In this document: positions 59,307 to 64,000 of the stretch, piece after piece | Layout: the number at the start of each line of letters is the position of its first letter | Numbering within the stretch: the first letter of the stretch is position 1 | Notes under the pieces: model-generated | Database searches by the model: none | What the model saw: only the letters and a program-made list of their open reading frames with translations | Told to the model about the DNA's origin: nothing | From: an uncultured Armatimonadetes bacterium | GTDB taxonomy: Bacteria > Armatimonadota > Hebobacteria > Hebobacterales > Hebobacteraceae | NCBI GenBank assembly: GCA_963716175.1 | Contig: OY970296.1 | Span: forward strand, 2,144,001 to 2,208,000 | Direction of reading: 5' to 3' | DNA: 64,000 nt | Translations under genes and position numbers: made by a program

Positions 59307-60320
59307 TCAAGCCGTCCGCCGCCAGGCCCGCGCCCGCAGCCGGCGCAGGGCGGCGACGCCTCCATGCCAGAGACCATCTGGCATGAACACCATGATCATC
59401 ATCAGCACCAGCCCGAACAAGACCGGGCTGAGCTCCTGCCGTGACCGCAAGTACTCGCCGACCAGAGTCACTGTGCCCGCTCCGAAGATCGCGCCCCAGA
59501 TGCTCGCCATCCCGCCGATCACCACCATCACCACCAACTGCAGGGAGTAGCCGAAGCCGAAGCTGTCCGGGTTGACGTAGGTGGCATGGTGCGCAAACAG
59601 AGTTCCGGCCAGGCCCGCCAGCGCCCCCGAGAGCACAAACACCTGAAGCTTGTAGCCGGAGGTGTCCACACCGGAGATGCCGGCTGCGGCCTCGCTGGTG
59701 TGGACCGCTCGCATCGCTCGCCCAACTCGGGAGCCTATGATATTCGAGGCCAGGGCCAAGGTCAACAGCGTGACCGTCGCCACCAGATAGTACATGCCGA
59801 CCGCCGAGTCCAGCTTGACCCCGGCCAGAGAGAGCGGGGGGATACCGCCGATGCCAGTGGTGCCAGCGGTCAGTCCTTCCCACTGCACCATCACGATATG
59901 GACGATCATCCCGAACCCGAGCGTGCCCATGGCGAGATAGTGCCCGCGCAGTCTGAGCAGGGGCACCCCCACCAGGATGGCGATGGCGGCGCTGAACCCA
60001 ACGCCGGCGAGCATCCCCAGCCAGGGAGATAGCCCGAGCTTCCCCCCCAGGATAGCCGAGGAATAGGCGCCGATGCCCACGAAGGCGGCCTGGCCCAGGG
60101 ACACCTGCCCCGCGTACCCCATCAGCAGATTCAGACCGAGAGCCACGATGGCGTTGATGCCGATGGTTACGGCCAGGCCCAGGGCATACTCTCCCCGCAG
60201 CACCAGCGGCAACAGAAGGGCCGCGGCCGCGGCCAAGAGGAACCACCAGACATTCCGATTCGGCGGCAGCCTGCCGCGTGCAGTCTCCCGGGCCGGAACG
60301 CTGCCCTCGCGTGCGCTCAC
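59307..60320 (-). CDS. livM: Branched-chain amino acid-type ABC permease (LivM)
   Basis: GYAGQVSLG, LRL.G.YLA..T, VVIGG. Confidence 0.88.
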   Translation of the reverse strand: MSAREGSVPARETARGRLPPNRNVWWFLLAAAAALLLPLVLRGEYALGLAVTIGINAIVALGLNLLMGYAGQVSLGQAAFVGIGAYSSAILGGKLGLSPWLGMLAGVGFSAAIAILVGVPLLRLRGHYLAMGTLGFGMIVHIVMVQWEGLTAGTTGIGGIPPLSLAGVKLDSAVGMYYLVATVTLLTLALASNIIGSRVGRAMRAVHTSEAAAGISGVDTSGYKLQVFVLSGALAGLAGTLFAHHATYVNPDSFGFGYSLQLVVMVVIGGMASIWGAIFGAGTVTLVGEYLRSRQELSPVLFGLVLMMIMVFMPDGLWHGGVAALRRLRARAWRRTA

Positions 60321-61195
60321 CGCAGCCTCCTGCCCAGCAGCCCGGTGGGCTTGGCCAGCAGCACGATCAACATGACGGCGAAAGCGAACGCATCCTTATA
60401 GCCCGACCAGCCAGTCGGGCTCAGTCCTGCTCCCAGTGACTCCAGGGTCCCCAGCAGCAGCCCACCCAGCACCGCGCCCAGGGGGTTTCCGATGCCCCCG
60501 AGGATGGCGGCGGCGAAGCCCTTCAGGCCCAGCATGATGCCCATGTCGTATTGCCCCATGGAGAGCGGAGCCACGATGGCTCCGGCCAGGCCGCCCAGCA
60601 GGCCGCTGAGGCCAAAGGAGAGGCGCACCATGCGCTGTACCGGAATGCCCGCGAGCTGGGCCGCCTCCCGGTTCACGGCGCAGGCACGCATCGCCTTCCC
60701 AACCTGGGTCTTCTCTCCCAGCAGCCACAGCGCAACCATGGTGGCCAGCACTATGCCCATGATCCAGAGGTGCTGGGGAAGGATGCTCGCCCGTCCGAAC
60801 ACCAGCGGCGTCTCCCCCGAGAAAGCGCGCATGGGCAGCGCATCCGGCCCCCACAGCCACATCGCCGCCCCGCGCAGCAGAATCGAGGCGCCGATGGTGA
60901 TGATGATCAGGGTGATCACGGAGGCGTGGCGCGCCGGGCGAATCGCCCCCCACTCCAGAACCGCGCCCACCCCTGTCACCGCGGCCACCGCGACCAGCAC
61001 GGCCAGTGGCATGGGCAGGGCGGCGCCGGAGCAGGAGATCGCGATCAGCGCCCCCAGCGCGACGAACTCGCCTTGCGCGAAGTTGACAATGCCGGTGGCG
61101 TTGTAGATGAGGGTGAAGCCCAGCGCGATCATGCCATAGATGCTGCCCAGGGTAAGACCGGAGATCACGAATTGCAGAACCGCCCAAGGGGTCAT
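60317..61195 (-). CDS. livH: Branched-chain amino acid-type ABC permease (LivH)
   Basis: G...GSIY..IALG, NFA.GE, GKAMRA, KGFAAAILGG. Confidence 0.88.
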   Translation of the reverse strand: MTPWAVLQFVISGLTLGSIYGMIALGFTLIYNATGIVNFAQGEFVALGALIAISCSGAALPMPLAVLVAVAAVTGVGAVLEWGAIRPARHASVITLIIITIGASILLRGAAMWLWGPDALPMRAFSGETPLVFGRASILPQHLWIMGIVLATMVALWLLGEKTQVGKAMRACAVNREAAQLAGIPVQRMVRLSFGLSGLLGGLAGAIVAPLSMGQYDMGIMLGLKGFAAAILGGIGNPLGAVLGGLLLGTLESLGAGLSPTGWSGYKDAFAFAVMLIVLLAKPTGLLGRRLR

Positions 61196-61211
61196 AGCTG
61201 ATCGCGTCTGC

Positions 61212-61253
61212 GCCGGGCCCTTGCCTCCCGACCTGGGAAGGCAAGGGCCCGGC
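61212..61253. other. Intergenic stem-loop downstream of the substrate-binding gene (mRNA stabiliser or attenuator)
   Basis: GCCGGGCCCTTGCCT...AGGCAAGGGCCCGGC. Confidence 0.6.
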
Positions 61254-61332
61254 CACGTCTATCCAACGACAGAGCTCATCGGGAGCCCCACGGGGCAAGC
61301 CACAGCGAAGCTGCCCACGCCGGGCCCCGACC

Positions 61333-62490
61333 TTACTTCAACAGCCTCCATTTGCCGTCCACGACCTCCACCATCACGAATGCATCCGGGCTGAGGCCGT
61401 TGTGGTCCTTTGGCGAGAAGTTGAACACGCCCCCGGTTCCTACGAAGCCCCGCGTCTGCTCGATGTTCGCCCGAAGCTTGGCCCGGTCGGGGCCCACCTG
61501 GCGCAGCGCCTTCGCCACCAGTTGGACTCCGTCCCAGGCGTGGCCGCCGAAAGTATCGGCCGCTTTGCCGAAGCTGGCCTGATAGCGGGTGGCATATTCC
61601 TTCAACACTTTCTTCTGCGGCTGGCTGGCCGGGATCTGGTCCAGCACCAGCAGCCGGCCCGCCGGCAGCACCACCCCGTCGGCCGCAGGCCCCGCCAGGC
61701 TGAGGAAGGTGGCGTTGGCCACCCCGTGGCTGCACACCAGCGGGATGCGCATGGCCAGCTGCTTCATGTTCTTGGCCACGATCGCCGGACCTGGCGGCGT
61801 GCCCCAGCACACCACGGCCTGGGCATCGGTCCCTCGGATCTTGGTGAGCTGGGTCTCCATCGAGGTGTCCTTGGGCCCGTACTCCTCCTTCGCCACCACC
61901 GCGATGCCAGCCGCGGGGAGCAGGTTCTCGATTTCACGAAGACCGCCTTTGCCAAACGCGGTGTTGTCCGAGAGCGAGGCCGCCCGGGTGATCTTCTTCC
62001 CGCGCAGGTACTTCACGATCCTCTCCACCGCCATGCGATCCGACTGCGGAGTCTTGAACACCCACTTCCTCACTGGCTCGACGATCTCGATCCCAGCCGC
62101 GCAGGAGATCAAGGGGACCTGCACTCGATCCATGTAGTCCACCAGCGCCAGGGTGGTGCCGGTGCGGCTCGGGCCCACGATCGCCAGGACCTTATCCTTC
62201 TCCACCAGCCGCTTGGCCGCGTTCAAGGCCTCTGCGGGCTCCCCGCGGTCATCCTCGATCACGATCTTCAGCGGATGCCCCTTGATGCCACCGGCGGCGT
62301 TGATCATCTTCTCCAGCATCTCGGCGGTGTTGCGCTCTGGGATCCCCAGTGACGAGGCATCCCCGGTGATGGAGAAGATGGCCCCAATGGTGTATGGCGC
62401 TCCGGCCGCAGCCCCGGCACAGCCGACTCCACAGCTCAAGCCGAACACCAACACCCCCAACAGCGCCCACAAGCGAGTCCTTCGTCTCAT
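61333..62490 (-). CDS. LIV-family (periplasmic binding type 1) ABC substrate-binding protein
   Basis: Signal peptide, IG....TG....G, INAAGGI.G, F.G..G.FNFS..DH.G. Confidence 0.9.
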   Translation of the reverse strand: MRRRTRLWALLGVLVFGLSCGVGCAGAAAGAPYTIGAIFSITGDASSLGIPERNTAEMLEKMINAAGGIKGHPLKIVIEDDRGEPAEALNAAKRLVEKDKVLAIVGPSRTGTTLALVDYMDRVQVPLISCAAGIEIVEPVRKWVFKTPQSDRMAVERIVKYLRGKKITRAASLSDNTAFGKGGLREIENLLPAAGIAVVAKEEYGPKDTSMETQLTKIRGTDAQAVVCWGTPPGPAIVAKNMKQLAMRIPLVCSHGVANATFLSLAGPAADGVVLPAGRLLVLDQIPASQPQKKVLKEYATRYQASFGKAADTFGGHAWDGVQLVAKALRQVGPDRAKLRANIEQTRGFVGTGGVFNFSPKDHNGLSPDAFVMVEVVDGKWRLLK

Positions 62491-62549
62491 CGTCCCTTCC
62501 TCCTTAGGATCTCTAACCTGCCGGCGGAATCAGCTCCCGCCTAACCGCA

Positions 62550-62981
62550 TCAGATCTCGCTGAGTTCGGCGGCCGTGAGCAGGTGCGCGCCCCGGGCCTG
62601 CAGGGCCGCCATCGCCGCCGCCGCCGCGTCTATCCGGAATATCACCACCGCGTTCTCTCCCCGCTGCCCCACGAAGGCGTAGAGGTACTCGATGTTGAGG
62701 CCGCGCTTGGTGAGCAAGTCCACCACCTCGGCCAACCCCCCCGGCCGATCCGGCATCGCCACCGCGATCACCTCGGTCTCCGTAACCGTGAACCCGGCCC
62801 GGGTGAGCGCGGCCCTGGCCTCGTGCGGCTTGTCCACGATCAGCCGCAGCACCCCATAGTCTATGGTCTCGGCCAGAGAGAGGGCGCGAATGTTCACCCC
62901 GGCATTGGCCAGAGCCAGGGTCACCTCGGCAAGCCGACCGGATTTGTTCTCCAGGAAAACCGAGATCTGTACTGCCGTCAT
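62550..62981 (-). CDS. Tandem ACT domain protein
   Basis: [33 protein letters not shown]. Confidence 0.9.
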   Translation of the reverse strand: MTAVQISVFLENKSGRLAEVTLALANAGVNIRALSLAETIDYGVLRLIVDKPHEARAALTRAGFTVTETEVIAVAMPDRPGGLAEVVDLLTKRGLNIEYLYAFVGQRGENAVVIFRIDAAAAAMAALQARGAHLLTAAELSEI

Positions 62982-64000
62982 CTCCCCAAATCCCTCCTGT
63001 CCATCACCCGTTTCGCCTTGCCTTCGCTCCGCGCCAGAGCCTTGGGCTCAACCAGCCGCACCGACACCGCCAGCCCCAGCACGCTCTCGATCTCCCGCCG
63101 GATGCCCGCGGTCAAGGCCTCCAGTCTGGCCATCTCGTCCGAGAAGGTCTCGGCCGACATCTCCACCTGCACCTCGAGCTCGTCCATCTGCCGGGGCTTG
63201 CGATCTACTACCAGCAGGTAGTTCGGAGTCGTTCCTTCGACCCTCATCAGCACCTCTTCGATCTGCGACGGGAAGACGTTCACCCCCCGGATGATCAGCA
63301 TGTCGTCCGAGCGGCCGGTGACATGCTCCATGCGGCGCAGCGAGCGCCCGCAGGGGCACGGTTCGACAATCAGCCGGGAGAGATCGCGAGTGCGGTAGCG
63401 GAGCAGAGGCAACGCCTCTTTGGTGAGGGTGGTGAAGACCAGCTCGCCGCTCTCTCCCTCCCGCACCGGTTCCCCGGTCTCCGGGTTGATCACCTCCGGG
63501 TAGAAGTGATCCTCGTTGACGTGCAGCCCCTGCTTGTGGAGGCACTCAAAGCTGACCCCCGGGCCGATGATCTCCGACAGGCCATAGATGTCGAGGGCGT
63601 CAATGCTGAGGTCGGCCTCGATCTCCTGCCGCATGGTCTGAGACCACGGCTCCGCTCCCAGGAAGCCGACCCGCAGGGGCAGAGACTTGATGTCCACCCC
63701 CATCTCCCGGCCGGTCTCTCCGATCACCAAGGCGTAGGAGGGAGTGCAGCAGAGCACGGTGGTGCCGAAGTCCTGCATAATCTGCACCTGGCGCTTGGTC
63801 TGTCCCCCGGAGGTGGGGATCACCGACGATCCGATCAGCTCGGCTCCGTAGTGGATTCCCAGACCCCCGGTGAACAGTCCGTAGCCATAGCTGTTCTGAA
63901 CCACATCGCTCCGACGGGTGCCGCCCGCGGCCAGCGTGCGCGCCATCACGTCGGCCCACGTTCCCACGTCCTTTCGCGTATACCCCACCACGGTGGATTT
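62978..64000 (-). CDS. paaK: Phenylacetate-CoA ligase (5' part outside window)
   Basis: [31 protein letters not shown]...GVNVFP, EGKAKRV. Confidence 0.9.
   Translation of the reverse strand, partial: KSTVVGYTRKDVGTWADVMARTLAAGGTRRSDVVQNSYGYGLFTGGLGIHYGAELIGSSVIPTSGGQTKRQVQIMQDFGTTVLCCTPSYALVIGETGREMGVDIKSLPLRVGFLGAEPWSQTMRQEIEADLSIDALDIYGLSEIIGPGVSFECLHKQGLHVNEDHFYPEVINPETGEPVREGESGELVFTTLTKEALPLLRYRTRDLSRLIVEPCPCGRSLRRMEHVTGRSDDMLIIRGVNVFPSQIEEVLMRVEGTTPNYLLVVDRKPRQMDELEVQVEMSAETFSDEMARLEALTAGIRREIESVLGLAVSVRLVEPKALARSEGKAKRVMDRRDLGR

Noticed and set aside
1-64000. tRNA, rRNA, integrase or prophage genes
   Set aside because: No cloverleaf/T-loop signature in the intergenic gaps and no recombinase or phage structural ORFs recognised by eye; tRNAscan and Infernal could not be run.

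Overview
High-GC bacterial chromosomal window, densely coding. The LPS genes show a diderm. The mix of DUF6785-type membrane protein, URO-D-like protein and sugar ABC/GH genes suggests Armatimonadota or a similar uncultured lineage (inference only). Order of contents: zwf-pgl; a lower-GC TIGR04255/unknown/HEPN three-gene insert; a coaX-dusB operon ending in an acyl-ACP-reductase-like pair; a GH4/URO-D/GH42-like cluster; a RAYT (HUH Y1 transposase) flanked by its own 25-bp palindromes; a sugar ABC transporter behind two ICMT/PEMT-like methyltransferases; clpP-clpX-lon; a 15-kb lipid A/LPS-core operon (lpxC to rfaE2) with a clear sigma70 promoter; glmS; fpg-DUF72; and a paaK/ACT/LIV-type ABC/paaK-like/porin cluster. 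Five conserved genes are broken by single-base frameshifts, most likely sequencing errors. No rRNA, tRNA or CRISPR array was seen. Best candidates for novelty: the TIGR04255-X-HEPN cassette, the RAYT with non-GTAG REP hairpins, a full-length PaaK paralog with degenerate catalytic motifs, the AAR-like two-gene module, and several families of intergenic palindromes. All family calls come from motif recognition by eye, not from database searches.
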